From positions 34,658,001 through 34,722,000 of the forward strand of contig OZ360251.1 in the NCBI GenBank assembly GCA_977017645.1: a DNA stretch of 64,000 nt, in the 5' to 3' direction. The notes below the pieces were generated by a model. It searched no databases, had not been told where the DNA came from, and worked only from the letters and a program-made list of their open reading frames with translations. This DNA is from Torpedo marmorata. Taxonomy: Eukaryota. Both the position numbers and the translations under genes were made by a program. This document shows, in pieces, positions 37,085-50,130 of the stretch. Positions within the stretch are counted from its first letter, which is position 1, and every line of letters begins with the position of its first letter.

Positions 37085-38010
37085 AGAACATAAGAAACAG
37101 GAGCAGGAGTCGGCCATCCGGCCCGTCGAGCCTGCTCCGCCATTCAATGTGATAACGGCTGATCTGATGATAGGCTCATCTCCACCTACCTGCCTTTTCC
37201 CCATATCTCTCAATTCCCCTACTATGTAGAAATCTATCCAACCTTGTCTTAAATATATTTACTGAGGTCGCCTCCACTGCTTCAATGGGCAGCGAATTCC
37301 ACAGATTCACCACCCTCTGGGAAAAGCAGTTCCTCCTCATCTCCGTCCTAAATCTACTACCCTGAATCTTGAGGCTATGTCCCCTAGTTCTGGTCTCCCC
37401 CACCAATGGAAACAACTTACCTACCTCTATTTTATCTATGCCTTTCATGATTTTTTTTAATGTTCCTATACGATCCCCTCTCATTCTTCTAAATTCCAGT
37501 GAGTACGGTCCCAGACGACTCAATCTCTCCTCATAGGCTAACCCCTTCACCCCTGGAATCAACCTGGTGAACCTCCTCTGCACCGCCTCCAAAGCCAGTA
37601 CATCCTTCTTCAAGTAAGGAGACCAGAACTGCACGCAGTACTCCAGATGTGGCCTCACCAGTACCTTGTACAGTTGCAGCATAACCTCCCTGCTCCTAAA
37701 TTCAATCCCTCCAGCAATGAAGACCAACATTCCATTTGCCTTCTTGATAGCCTGCTGCACCTGCAAACCAATGTTAAAAGGATCGACTGCCTGGGTTAGA
37801 GGTAATGACATGGCATGGTAGAAGGCCATTCCGACCCACGAGCCCGTGCCGCCCAATTGCACCCAATTAACCTGGAGGGTGGGAAGAAACCGGAGCCCCT
37901 GGGGAAACCCACGCAGACACTGGGAGAACGTACAAACTCCTTGCAGACAGCGCGGATTCCCTGGCACTGTAATAGAGTGGCGCTAACCGCTACGCTGACC
38001 GTGCCGGCCG
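37085..38010 (-). mobile_element. CR1 3' fragment (37085-37770) and V-SINE (37800-38010)
   Basis: ORF 37176..37967 CR1 C-terminus; SINE V-domain. Confidence 0.85.
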
Positions 38011-39064
38011 TACAACAAACTTCCCAAGATTTCACTGTGTTACAAAACAAAAGTGATCTCTCTTCAACTGAGACAAAGAATCACAGGAAAAAAGAATCTC
38101 AGGGTTGTATGTGATGTCATGTATGCTGACAATAAATCTGAACTTTGAACAAACAGCTCACATGACCTTGTGATGATCTGCTTCTATTTAAGAAACGAGT
38201 AATATTAATTCGCTCACAGATGTGGACATCGCTGGCCAGAATCGATCTCAGATCCTATCTTTAATTGGAGGATGCTTGGGATAGTTCAGTGGGCAGATGA
38301 CAGACGGGCAGGCTGTTGGGTCTGGAGTTACACACAGCCCAGATACGGATAGTTCCCCCCTGTCCCACAACAACCTCTACAGGTGCACCATCGGGAGCAT
38401 CCTAGCTGGGTGTATCCCAGTGTGGGACGGGAGCTGCTCTGCTCAAGATCGGAAGGTGGTGGATGCAGATCGAACGTCACCCAAACTCCCCTCCCCCTCC
38501 GTGGACTCCGCCTACATCTCCCGCTGCCCGGGAAAGGCAGCCGACCCACTGAAGGACCCGTCACACCGCGGACACACTCTCTTCTCCCTCCTCCCATCGC
38601 AGGGCAACAGCCAAGAGGCCACAGGTGGACAAGGATGATTGAGAAGGAGAGAAAAGCTGAGAATTGATCAGGGAGGGGGGGGGGGCAGGAAGGATGGATT
38701 TGAAAGTGGGCACGGATTTCTGAGAACCCCACCCAACCACACAGCAGAGAAACATGTAGCCCCCCCCCCCCCTCCATTCCCAATCATCATTTAACCTCCT
38801 TTAAATCCAACAAACTGAAGTCACTGTTTTTGTTACAGTGACAGGATGTTCTGCGAGATGGGACAGGAGTGATGGGCAGAACTGAGAGCTTGTTCTCATC
38901 TGAGGTTTAAAAAAACAATTGGTGGGGATCCTAGGCTTCATAAATAGGTTTTTTAAATCTCAAAGATATATTTTACTCATCCCGTAGAAAGTACTGTACA
39001 TACAATGGAGTCTGTTTTTTTATTTTCATTGTACCATCAATTCAATTGTAAGAAGGAAGTCCAC

Positions 39065-39495
39065 TGTCCACCATTGAGAACATCTACATGGAACGCTGCT
39101 GTCAGAGAGCAGCAGCAATCATCAAGGATCCACACCACCCAGCACACGCTCTGTTCTCGCTGCTGCCATCAGGAAAGAGGTGTAAATGCCACAAGTCTCG
39201 CACCACCAGGTTCAGGAACAGCTGCTACCCCTCCGCCATCAGACTCCTCAACAACAAACTCAATCAGGTACTCATTTAAGGACTCTTACTTGTGCACTTT
39301 ATTGATTTTTTATTCTCTCTGTATTGCACAGTCAGTTTATTTACATTTCTTTATTTGTTTACATGTGTACGCTGTGTACAGTTTTTTTTTGCACTACCAT
39401 TAAGTGGTAATTATGCCGCGCCCACAGAAAAAATAATCTCAGGGTTGTATGTGATGTCATGTATGTACTCTGACAATAAATCTGAAATCTGAAGT
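39065..39495 (+). mobile_element. Rex1/Babar 3' fragment
   Basis: AAAIIKDPHHPAHALFSLLPSGKR; (TCTGAAA)n tail. Confidence 0.8.
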
Positions 39496-39905
39496 CACAA
39501 TAGAACTTTACAAACTATCAGTTCAGTCCTAACCAGAGGTTAGGAGATTGGAGAAAACGATTTCAAGAGATCGAGAGATTTCAGTGATATGGAGAGATCA
39601 GAAAATCTGCGAGCGGATTTGAAATCATGAAGGTTTCAGAGTAGTTGGAGAGAGTGTTTCCATTGGCAGTGGGAATCGGGAAGTGAAAGATGAACGCTAA
39701 CTGCAAATTTCTACAGATGTGCGGTGTAAAGTGTGCTGACCGGCTGCATCACGGTCTGGTATGGGGACACCAATACCCATGAGTGTAAAGCCCTGCAAAA
39801 GGTAGCGGACACAGCCCAGGACATCACGGGTGAAACCCTCCCCACCATCGAGAACATCTATGTGGAACGCTGCCGTCGGAGAGCAGCAGCAATCATCAAA
39901 GATCC

Positions 39906-42900
39906 TGTAACATTACAAAGTTATTCTCTGATTGTTAATGAGCTTGCATTCTCCTCAGGTCACCTGACCTCTCTTCTTCCAATCAGCGTCTAGCTGCTGC
40001 CCCGCCCCTTTCTTTTAAATTCTAACTGCTGCCGTTAGAATTTGTAATGTGTTGTATGAGCTAAGTAGTTTTTATTTCTCATTTTCAACTGTAACTATAC
40101 AATTAGTAATTGAGTAAAGCTTGGAAAACAGTCACCAAGTCTTTTCATTCTCACAATTTACTCAACTTATCAAGCATGGCGACGGCGTGGAGGCCCAAGT
40201 GCTTAGACATCGACCCCAGCTCACCGACAGCTGCCAAGGAGTGGCGGCACTGGCGTACGATTTTCATGAACTACGTCGACGACTATAGGGACAAGATACC
40301 GAACAAGTACAGAACACTATTAGGCTGTGTGAGCTGCAACATTTTCGAATACATAGAAGGATGTGAAAATTTTGACTCAGCTATCTCTAAGTTGGACAGT
40401 TTATATGTGAAGACTCCCAATGAGGTTTTTGCCAGACATTTACTAGCTACCAGGCGGCAGAAGTCAAGATTCAAGATGCAATTTATTGTCATAGTAATAA
40501 GACAGTGTTATATTCCATGAAATTTCTTTTTGACTGCTGCAAGGCAGACAGATTCGCCACCAGCAGAAATTGCCTAAGCGCCTCTAACATTCCTTACAGT
40601 CAGAGAAAGAGAAGCAAAAGAGAGTCCCCCCAGAGTCACCGAGTGTCCGTAGATTTGCCTCCAGCGCTTCCGCAGCCTCCGCAGCCACACAGAATCCAGT
40701 CCAAACCATCGGCAACCCGAGCTCCAGATCCGAACCTCCGACACGGTCAGGTTGCCCTCGGCACCCCCTTGCATCCCGGTTCCGATACCTGGTACTCCTC
40801 CAGCCAGTTCGAGCAATCCTCCAGCAGTCCGTAGCCCGGCGTGAGTCCCCCGACAGCAGTCTCCAGCAGCCCACAGCCTCCGCGGGTTCCTCGCCTCGAG
40901 TCGCCAGCAGCCCGCCACATGCACTGGTCCTTCAGCCTCAGAGCCCCTCACCAGTCCGCTGCCGTGGTCACCGTCCCGTTGGTCGTCTCCTCCGCTTCTC
41001 CTTCTCAGACGGGGGTGGGGGGTGATCTTCCCGTCCTCTGGTGCCCTGCTCCAGTCCTCCGCTTCCCCGGAATCTGCAGCCCTCGTGGCTGCTGCCATCT
41101 TGGGCGCAGACCCCGTGGCCGCGGGATCTTAAATAAAACCACCGTCAGCTCCTTTAACGGGCCGTTCAAAGCCCGTGCGGAACCGACGGCAGTCGACTGC
41201 GTGGCTGGACCCCGCGGGAGCGCTGCATCTCCGCTCCCACGCTCCCCGCGGGTCTGCACCAGTGGCAGCGCTGCCGCTACAGCGGCTCCGGCAGCCAGGA
41301 GAATCATTAGATGATTTCTTCAGGGAGTTGGAAAAGTTAAAGAGAAACTGTAATTTTCGAGATCATAGTGCGGAGCAGTGTGGTAACGAGGCAATGCGTG
41401 ACGCGTTCATCGCTGGCATTGCCTCACCTGCAATACGCCAGCGTCTCTTAGAAAACAAAACACTGGACTTACAGACTGATTATAACCAAGCTTCTGCGTT
41501 AGACGTAGCTCAACGCAATAATGATGCATACGCTACCCCGGCGGCCCATACAGCTGCAGTAGTGAACCCTGAACCACCACAGGTACCGCAGGTATGTGAG
41601 AAGGATTCTTTAGCAGGGCTGCCTGATAACCTTCCAGTTGCTCTTGAGAAACCAGCTGTGGCTGCCACTTATAATACAAAACGGAAATGTTTCTTGTGGT
41701 TTCTCTTACCATTCACGGGATAACTGTCCAGCACGCGAGGCTACTTGTAATAAATGTGCCAAGAAGGGTGTGCAAATCCAAGGCCTCACCAAGCTCAGTG
41801 GCAACAGTGGTCAACTCTCATGTATTGGCTACACTTACTAATGTGCCACAAGGACTCGCTCAAGTCGCAACCTTTGTGACTGTGAATGGTAAAAGGTTAA
41901 GTGCTCTGTTGGATTCATGCAGCACTGATAGTTACATTAGAGAGAAAGTCGCGCGGGAACTAAAATTAAAGGTTCACCCATCCAGTAAAGACATTACTAT
42001 GGCTCAAAAAACTTTAAACACTAGTTCCCAAGGATATGTTGTTGTTCACCTAACTCTTAGTCTTAAAAGCCAGTCATACGCTGCCACACGATTTGGTGTA
42101 TTGAAGGCCTACGTTCTGACTTAATACTTGGCCAGGATTTCCAGCGCCAGCATCTGAGTGTGAATTTTCAATACGGAGGACCCTTGTCTGAGCGAACTGT
42201 GAATGGTGCTGATCATTACTGTGCACTGACAGCAGCAAAAATAGAAGAGCCATCCCTTTTTCTAAACTTATCACCAAGCTGTAAACCAATTGCTACCAAA
42301 TCAAGACGCTTTAGCAAAGATGATCAGGACTTCATTGCAGAGGAAATTCACCAATTACTTTCAGAAGGCATAATTGAGACGCGCATATCACCATGGCGAG
42401 CCCAGGTGGTAGTGGTGAAGGATACTACCCACCGACACAAGAAGCGAATGTGTGTGGATTATTCACAATCAATCAATACACGGAATTGAATGCTTACCCC
42501 TTGCCAAGGATTGACGAAATGGTGAACGAACTTGCAAAATATAGTGTGTTCTCTACCTTTGACCTGAAAAGTGCCTACCACCAAGTGTCACTGAAGGAGT
42601 TAGATAAGAAGTATACGGCTTTTGAAGCCAATGGACGTTTATACCAATTTTGTAGGATTCCATTTGGAGTCACAAATGGGGTAGCCACCTTCCAGCGAGC
42701 TATGGACAAGTAAGTTAGAGAAGAAAAACTGCAAGGTGCCTTCCCTTACCTTGATAATATCACTATTGCTGGACATACACAAGAGGGACATGATCAAAAT
42801 GTAAAGAAATTCCTAAAGACCATCAGTCAGAGGCACCTAACACTTAATGATTCAAAGACTGTGGAGTCTGTGAATTCCATTAATGTCCTTGGATACTGTG

Positions 42901-44890
42901 TGGGGAATGGTATAATTAAGCCAGATCCTGAGAAACTTCGCCCACTACAAGAGCTTCCTCCACCAGAAGATTTGCGATCCTTAAAAAGGGCACTCGGGAT
43001 GTTTGCTTATTATGCCAAATGGATTCATGGGTTTTCTAACAAGATTCAACCGATGGTAAATACAGAGAAATTTCCAATGGAGGAAAAGGCCCTGAACGCC
43101 TTTAACTTACTAAAGAGAGAGTTGGAGGAAGCCACCCTGCACTCGGTGGATGAAAACTTACCCTTTGAGGTAGAGTGTGATGCATCTGATGTGGCTATTT
43201 CTGCTGTCCTTAACCAAGGAGGACGGCCTGGTGCATTCATGTCAAAGACGCTACAAGGAAGTGAGCTGCACTACCACATTGTCGAGAAAGAAGTGATTGC
43301 CATCATTGAGGCAGTGTGCAAATGGAGCCACTACCTGGCACGGCGCCACTTTAGCTTGGTTACTGATCAGAGGTCAGTGGCCTTTATGTTTGACAGTAAA
43401 AAGTGTACAAAGATAACGCAAAGATTCAAGAATGGAGGCTGGAACTTGCAGCATTTAGTTACACAATAAAGAACCGTCCTGGGAAAGAGAATGTGGTCCC
43501 TGACACATTTAGTCGGGTGTACACTTGTTCAGCCTTTACTACCTCCACACTCGCTGACATTCACAACGGACTTTGTTATCCAGGAATAACTCGGCTGCTG
43601 CATTTTGTAGAGCTAAGAATCTCCCCTTTTCTACAGAAGATGTCAAGAAGACTTGTTTTTTATGCAGGGTCTGTGCTGAACTAAAGCCTCAGTTCTACCA
43701 CCCACCAGGAAGGACTCTTATCAAAGCAACAAAACCTATGGAACGGTTTAGTATTGATTTCAAGGGACCTTTTCCGACAGCTTCGTGTAACCCATGTCTA
43801 CGTACAGTAGTTGATGAATACTCGCATTTCCCCTTTGCCTTTCCATGTCCCAATATGCATACTACAACAGTGATCAGATGCCTGGATCTGCTATTTAGCC
43901 TATGCGGAATGCCAAATTACATACACTCTGATCGAGGCACCACCTGAGTGTCTGAGGATCTGAAAGATTATCTCTCCCAGAAGGGGGTTGCCACAAGTCA
44001 TACTACCCCATACAACCCAATTGGGAATGGACAGGTAGAGAGGTTCAACGGCATCATATGGGAGGCAGTCCATTTGGCCCTTAGATCACGTAACCTGCCC
44101 GAGAAGCATTGGGAACTGGTGCTTCCTGAGGTACTACACTCCCAAAGATCGCTGTTGTGTACAGCAACAAATACTACACCCATGATCGTTTTTAACATTC
44201 CAACGCCGCTCATCCCATGGAAATTCACTGCCCTCCTGGCTAGTGACCCATACTACTAAGAAGGTTTGTGAGGAGTAACAAGAACGAACCACTTGTAGAT
44301 CAAGTTGAACTCCTTGACAGTAATCCAACATATGCAAACGTCAGGTAGCCAGATGGACGGGAGTCTACTGTGTCTGTTCATGACGGCACCTTGTCCAGAA
44401 GCCTAGACAATCCCCACATCTCCTATTGTGGAACAAGATAAAAAGAAATCTGGTTGTACCAATACTAGAGGAGGAGGAAGATATGACATGCCGTAGTGTG
44501 GAGGATGATGAAACAGTAGCTCCACAAGAACTAAGGAGATCCGGTCGTGTATCAAAACCTCCCAATCGATATGGATGGGAGTAGTCCCGTAAAGTGATGC
44601 TTGATACTTCTAGTGTTTTATTTTTTAGCAGGGAAGAATGTAATATTATAAAGTTATTCTTTAATTGTCAATGAGCTTGCATTCTTCTCAGGTCACCTGA
44701 CCTCTCTTCCTCCAATCAGCTTCTAGCTGCTGCCCCGCCCCTTTCTTTTAAATTCTAACTGCTGCTGTTAGAATTTAGAATGTGTTGTATGAGCTAAGTA
44801 GTTTTTTATTTCTCATTTTCAACTGTATCTATACAATTAAGTTGAGTAAAGCTTGGAAAACAGTCACCAAGACTTTTCATTCTCACAACA
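39906..44890 (+). mobile_element. Gypsy LTR retrotransposon A (degenerate gag-pol)
   Basis: LTRs 39906-40155 and 44639-44890; 5-bp TSD GATCC inside a Rex1 fragment; gag ATG 40176, protease LLDSCS, RT FPYLDNI, RNase H ECDAS, integrase IHSDRG; PPT before 44639. Confidence 0.95.
40464..41294 (-). mobile_element. Non-autonomous element inserted in gag (same family as 8266..9060)
   Basis: Removing it restores LATRRQK|PGESLDDF. Confidence 0.8.
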
Positions 44891-44994
44891 GATCCACACC
44901 ACCCAGCACACGCTCTGTTCTCGCTGCTGCCATCAGTAAAGAGGTATAGGTGCCACAAGACTCGCACCACCAGGTTCAGGAACAGTTGCATAGC

Positions 44995-45315
44995 ATTATG
45001 TCGACTTCTCCGGTTTCTGCTAACCTACTCTCCATTCTCCTTCCCTTCCCCATCCCTCTGTCTCCTTTCCTCCAGCTCTCCACCCCCTTCCCTCTCCATT
45101 CACAGAGCCATCCCCCCTCCCCCTGTTTGCTGCTGTGCCCTCCCTCCCTTATCCACCTATTACCTCCTGCCTGTGGGATCGTGCTCCTCCCCCTGCCCCT
45201 TCCCCCCACCATTTTGTTCGGGCGCCTGCCTACATTTTGCTCAAGCCCGAAACGTTGGTTATGTATCTTTAGACTCTGTTTGACCTGCTGAGTTTCTCCA
45301 GCCTTGTGTTTTTAC
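44995..45315 (+). mobile_element. PLE 3' tail/pLTR (hammerhead core deleted)
   Basis: Pyrimidine-rich PLE 3'UTR plus TCAAGCCCGAAACGTTGGTTATG. Confidence 0.7.
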
Positions 45316-45569
45316 AACAAATCCTGATTCTGAGGTCCGCACAGACTAGAAGGGCCGAAGGGCCTGGTTCTGTGCTGTAATGTTCTGTGGTTCTAATTGA
45401 AAGGGTGGCAGATTGAAGTGCCAACATTTTTGGGCGGGTGTTTGTAACAATTTGTGTTTTGTTGCAGATTTCCTGCATGGATTTGCATTGATTTCCACGG
45501 GACACTGAGGCAATCTCCTACTAAAGTCCATGGTCTCATTGCTTTGTGCTTTTTCCCACACGCTGTCAT

Positions 45570-45900
45570 ATCCTGGGATGTGCTGGAATGTGCTGGGATG
45601 TGCTGGAATGTGCTGGACACCTTCCCTGTCAGTTCCACATTCCAGCCTGTGGCTGGCTGACCACGTGGCCGCCCGCCCTCGCCACGCTGTACACAACGCA
45701 CGTCGCCATGGCAGCGCATCCGCGACGCGCTGACGTCGGGCGCACCCGCCGCTCGCCCTTGTGTTGGTGCGGTTGCCCGCGGCAACGCTTCCGGTACAAA
45801 CCAGTGTGCGATGAGGGGGGGCGGGGCCCCAGTTGCGTCAGCGCCTGAGTGACAGCCCGGAGAGGAGCGGAACCTGGCGCTCATCCAGGAAGTGGCTGCA
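45570..45900. promoter_or_regulatory. CpG island-like enhancer or promoter
   Basis: Dense CpG; E-box 45662, X-boxes 45702 and 45772, CRE-like 45731, Ets 45787, GC box ~45820, TGCGTCA 45834, GGAATG repeats. Confidence 0.6.
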
Positions 45901-46234
45901 GCAAGGGAAGGAGAACCCTTCCGCCCATCGTGCTGGTGCTAGCCTGCTGGAAATATCCTTCCATGCAGCCCTGCTAAGATAATTCCTGAAGAATTGCTTT
46001 GAAAGATCTGCTCTTAGCACCTTAGAGCTGGTAAAAACACAATGCTGGAGAAACCTAGCAGGTCAAACTGTATATAATCAGAATTTATTGTCATGAACAT
46101 GTCACAAAATTTGTTGTTTTGCGGCAGCATCACAGTGCAAACATTTATATAAACCACCTTACAAAATGAATAAAAATGACAAAATATTATATATATTTTG
46201 TATATATATATATATATACTGTATATTATATATA

Positions 46235-47173
46235 CAGGTATACCCCGCTTAACGAATACTCGCTTTACGCAAATTCACTTTTACGAAGAAACCTGTGCTC
46301 GCTTTTAAGAAAGGATTTTCGCTTTTTTTTTGAATATTTTATTTTTAAATTTTTCACAAAAAGATTAACAATATAAACATAATCGTACAATTTCCAATTA
46401 TATACAACATTATTTTTAAATTTCCCTTCACTCTCCCCCCAACTAAACAGGAAAAACAAAACCTCAGAAGCAAAACATGCAAATAAAAGAAAAGAAAACT
46501 AAACGTACCGTCAGTGCTTACATTGCATTTCCCACCTTTTTGGAGACATCACACCGTTAATTTTTTGCACATTACATTTTGCTGCACCTTGGAGTTTGAG
46601 TTATAACTGGGCCCCAATGTTCTCCAGGTATGGTTGCCACACCTTAACAAATGTATCGTATTTATTCCTGATATTATATGAAATTTTCTCCACAGGAATA
46701 CAGCTGTGCATCTCTGTTGACCATCGAGTGATGAGAAGGGGGAGTCGGACTTCCAAGTTATTGCTGTGAATTGGATTTTTGCTTTTATGAAAAAATGTGG
46801 CGAAAGCAGCGAGTCATTATAGAGGCCGCGCGCGCACCCTGAGCAGCAACTTCCTCTCTCTCCTACATCCCAGTCTCCTGTAGCTCCCACCACCCCAACC
46901 TCCGAAGACTCAGCCTAACTACACTGTACATACATTATTTCTACTTTATAGGCTGTGTATTTATCATATCATTCCTTCTTTTAATAAATTTTAGTGTTAT
47001 TTTAGTTTTTATGTGTTATTTGGTATGATTTGGTAGGTTATTGTTTGGGTCTGGGAACGCTCAAAAAAATTTTCCCATAGAAATCAATGGTAATCGCTTC
47101 TTCGCTTTACGCCATTTCAGCTTACGAAAGGTTCTGTAGGAACGCTCTAGTTTCGTAAAGCGGGGTATACCTG
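46235..47173. mobile_element. Tigger-like DNA element in (TA)n, hosting an L1 3' fragment (46327-46772, -)
   Basis: TIRs CAGGTATACCCCGCTT / AAGCGGGGTATACCTG; L1 TSD GGATTTT(C/T)GCTTTT. Confidence 0.8.
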
Positions 47174-47429
47174 TATATATATATATATATATATATTTAA
47201 ATATTGTATAAACTACATTACAAAATAAATTAAAATAGTACTGTGATGAAATGCTTTGAAATGTTGGTCATGGCCAGAATTAACACATACCTAAGTAAAG
47301 ACCTGGACCCACTTCAATTCACTACCTTGATGAAGGGCTCAAGCCCGAAATGTTGGTTATGTATCTTTATCTTTGCTGTATGAAGTACACTATTTGACCT
47401 GTTGAGTTTCTCCAGCATTGTGTTTTTAT

Positions 47430-48490
47430 CCACTGCAATTCACCTATCGTCACAACCACTCCACAGCAGACGCAATGTCACTGGCTCTCCACTCAGCTCT
47501 GGATCATCTCGAAAACAGCAGCATACATACGGCTGCTCTTCATCGACGACAGCTCGGCCTTCAATACCATTATTCCCTCAGTGCTGGTCAACAAGCTCCA
47601 AATCCTGGGCCTCTGCACCCCCCTCTGCAACTGGATCCTTGACTTTCTCATCGGAAGACCACAGTCAGTACGAATTGGAAACAACGTCTCCTCCTCACTG
47701 ATTATCAACACAGGCGCACCCCAAGGATGCGTGCTTAGCCCACTGCTCTACTCGTTATACACTCATGACTGTGTGGCCCGGCACAATTCCAATGTTATAT
47801 ATAAATTTGCCGATGACACCACAGTTGTCGGCAGAATCACAAACGGCAATGAGGAAGCGTACAGAAGGGAGATAGATCAGCTCGTTGAGTGATGTCACAC
47901 TAACAACCTTGAACTCAACGTTAGCAAAACCAAGAGATGATTGTGGACTTCAGGAGGAAGTCAGGAGAACACGACCCAGTCCTCATCGAGGGCTCTGTAG
48001 TGGAGAGGGTCAAGAACTTCAAATTCCTGGGTGTCAACATCTCCGAGGATCTGTCCTGGAGCATCCACGTTGATGCAATCACAAAGAAGGCTCGCCAGCG
48101 GCTATACTTTGTGAGGTGTCTGAGGAGATTTAGTATATCACTGAAGACACTCGAAAACCTCTACAGGGGTACCGTGGAGAGCATTCTAGTTGTTTGCATC
48201 ACTGTGTGGTACGGAGGTGCCAACACTCAGGACAAGAAAAAACTCCAGAGGGTTGTTAACTCGGCCTGCGACAACACGGGCACCAGACTTCACTCCATCG
48301 AGGACATCTACACGAGACGGTGTCTTAAAAAAGCAGCTTCTATCCTCAAAGACCCCCACCACTCTTCACTCTGCTACCATCAGGAAAAAGGTACAGGAGC
48401 CTAAAGACGAGCACTCAACGGCTCAAGGACAGCTTCTTCCCCGCTGCCATCAGATTCCTGAATAATCAATGAACCACAGACACTACCTTA
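47430..48490 (+). mobile_element. Rex1/Babar RT fragment
   Basis: [34 protein letters not shown]; stops and frameshifts. Confidence 0.9.
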
Positions 48491-48494
48491 CTTG

Positions 48495-50130
48495 TCCAAT
48501 CCCTTTATACCTCTATCCCCCACACAGAAGGTCTGAAAGCACTTCGCTTCTTCCTGGACCAAAGACCCGACCAGTCACCCTCTACCACCACCCTCCTCCG
48601 CCTGGCAGAACTTGTCCTCACTCTCAATAACTTCTCCTTCAACTCATCCCACTTCCTCCAAATCAAAGGAGTAGCCATGGGTACCCGCATGGGTCCCAGC
48701 TACGCCTGCCTGTTTGTGGGCTTTGTGGAGCAATCCATGCTGCAAGCCTACACAGGCAAGACCCCTCATCTCTTCCTCCGTTATATCGACGACTACATCG
48801 GGGCTGCGTCATGCACCCGCAATGAGCTTGTCAACTTCATCCACTTCGCACCAACTTCCACCACGATCTCAAACTCACCTGGTCCATCTCCGTTAACACT
48901 CTCCCCTTCCTGGATCTCTCTGTCTCCATCTCGGGAGACAAGCTTTCCACCGACATTTACTACAAACCCTCCAACTCCCACAACTATCTGGACTACACTT
49001 CCTCACACCCTGTCCCCTGCAAGGACTCCATCCCCTTCTCTCAATTTCTCCGCCTCCGCCGCATCTGTTCCCAAGATGAGGTGTTCCACTCCAGATCTTC
49101 TGAAATGTCTGCCTTTTTCCACAAACGTGGCTTCCCCTCCCCCACCATCAACTCAGCCCTCACCCGCATCTCCTCCAATTCCCGCTCATCTGCCCTGGCC
49201 CCCTCTGCCCCCAGACGCAATAAACGTAGAATCCCCCTCATCCTCACCTACCACCCCACCAGCCTCTGCATCCAACACATTATCCGTCGGAATTTCCGGC
49301 ACTTACTACAGGATCCCACCACCAGACACATTTTTCCTTCTCCTCCCCTCTCGGCCTTCCGCAGGGACCGCTCCCTCCGCGATTCCCTCGTGCACTCATC
49401 CCTCCCCACCCATCGCACCCCCGGCACCTTCCCCTGTGCCCGCAGGAGGTGCAACACCTGCGTCCACACCTCCCCCCTCACCACGGTCCAGGGCCCCAAA
49501 CAGGCCTTCCAAGTGAAACTACACTTCACTTGTACATCCAGAGAACTTATTTACTGCATCCTGTGCTCCCTTTGTGGCTTTCTCTACATCGGAGAGACCG
49601 GTCGTAGATTGGGAGACCGCTTTGCTGAGCACCTCCTCTCCGTCCGCAACAACAGCGACCTCCCAGTAGCCAGCCATTTCAATTCTGGGTCACACTCCCA
49701 CACTCACATGTCTGTCCATGGCCTTATGTACTATCCCACCCAGACTACCCGCAAATTGGAGGAACAACATCTAATTTTCTGTCTCGGCACTCTCCAGCCA
49801 GATGGCATTAACATTGACTTTTCTGCTTTCCACTAAACATGCTTGTCGTTCCTTTCCCCTCCCCCCTCACCTGTCCTTCCTGTTTTTTTCCACCCACCCA
49901 GCCATCCCTCCTCCCCCTCTTTGCTGCTGTCCCCTCCCTCCTTTCTCCACCTATCATCTCCTGCCTTTGCCACCCCCCTTCCCCCCTCACTCTTTTGTTC
50001 GGACGCCTGCCGGCATTTTCTCATACTTTGATGAAGGGCTCAAGCCCGAAACGTCGGTTATGTATTTCTTCCTTTGCTACATAAAAGACACTGTTTGACC
50101 TGCTGAGTTTCTCCAACATTTGTGTTTTTT
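48495..50130 (+). mobile_element. Penelope-like element: RT C-half, GIY-YIG, pLTR
   Basis: GVAMGTRMGPSYACLFVG, RYIDD, IYCILC..LYIGETGR; frameshift ~48850. Confidence 0.92.
50022..50062 (+). ncRNA. Minimal type I hammerhead ribozyme motif
   Basis: Stem I CATACT/GGTTATG; core TTGATGA(A); stem II GGGC-TCAA-GCCC; GAAA; predicted cleavage triplet GTC 50053-50055. Confidence 0.7.
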
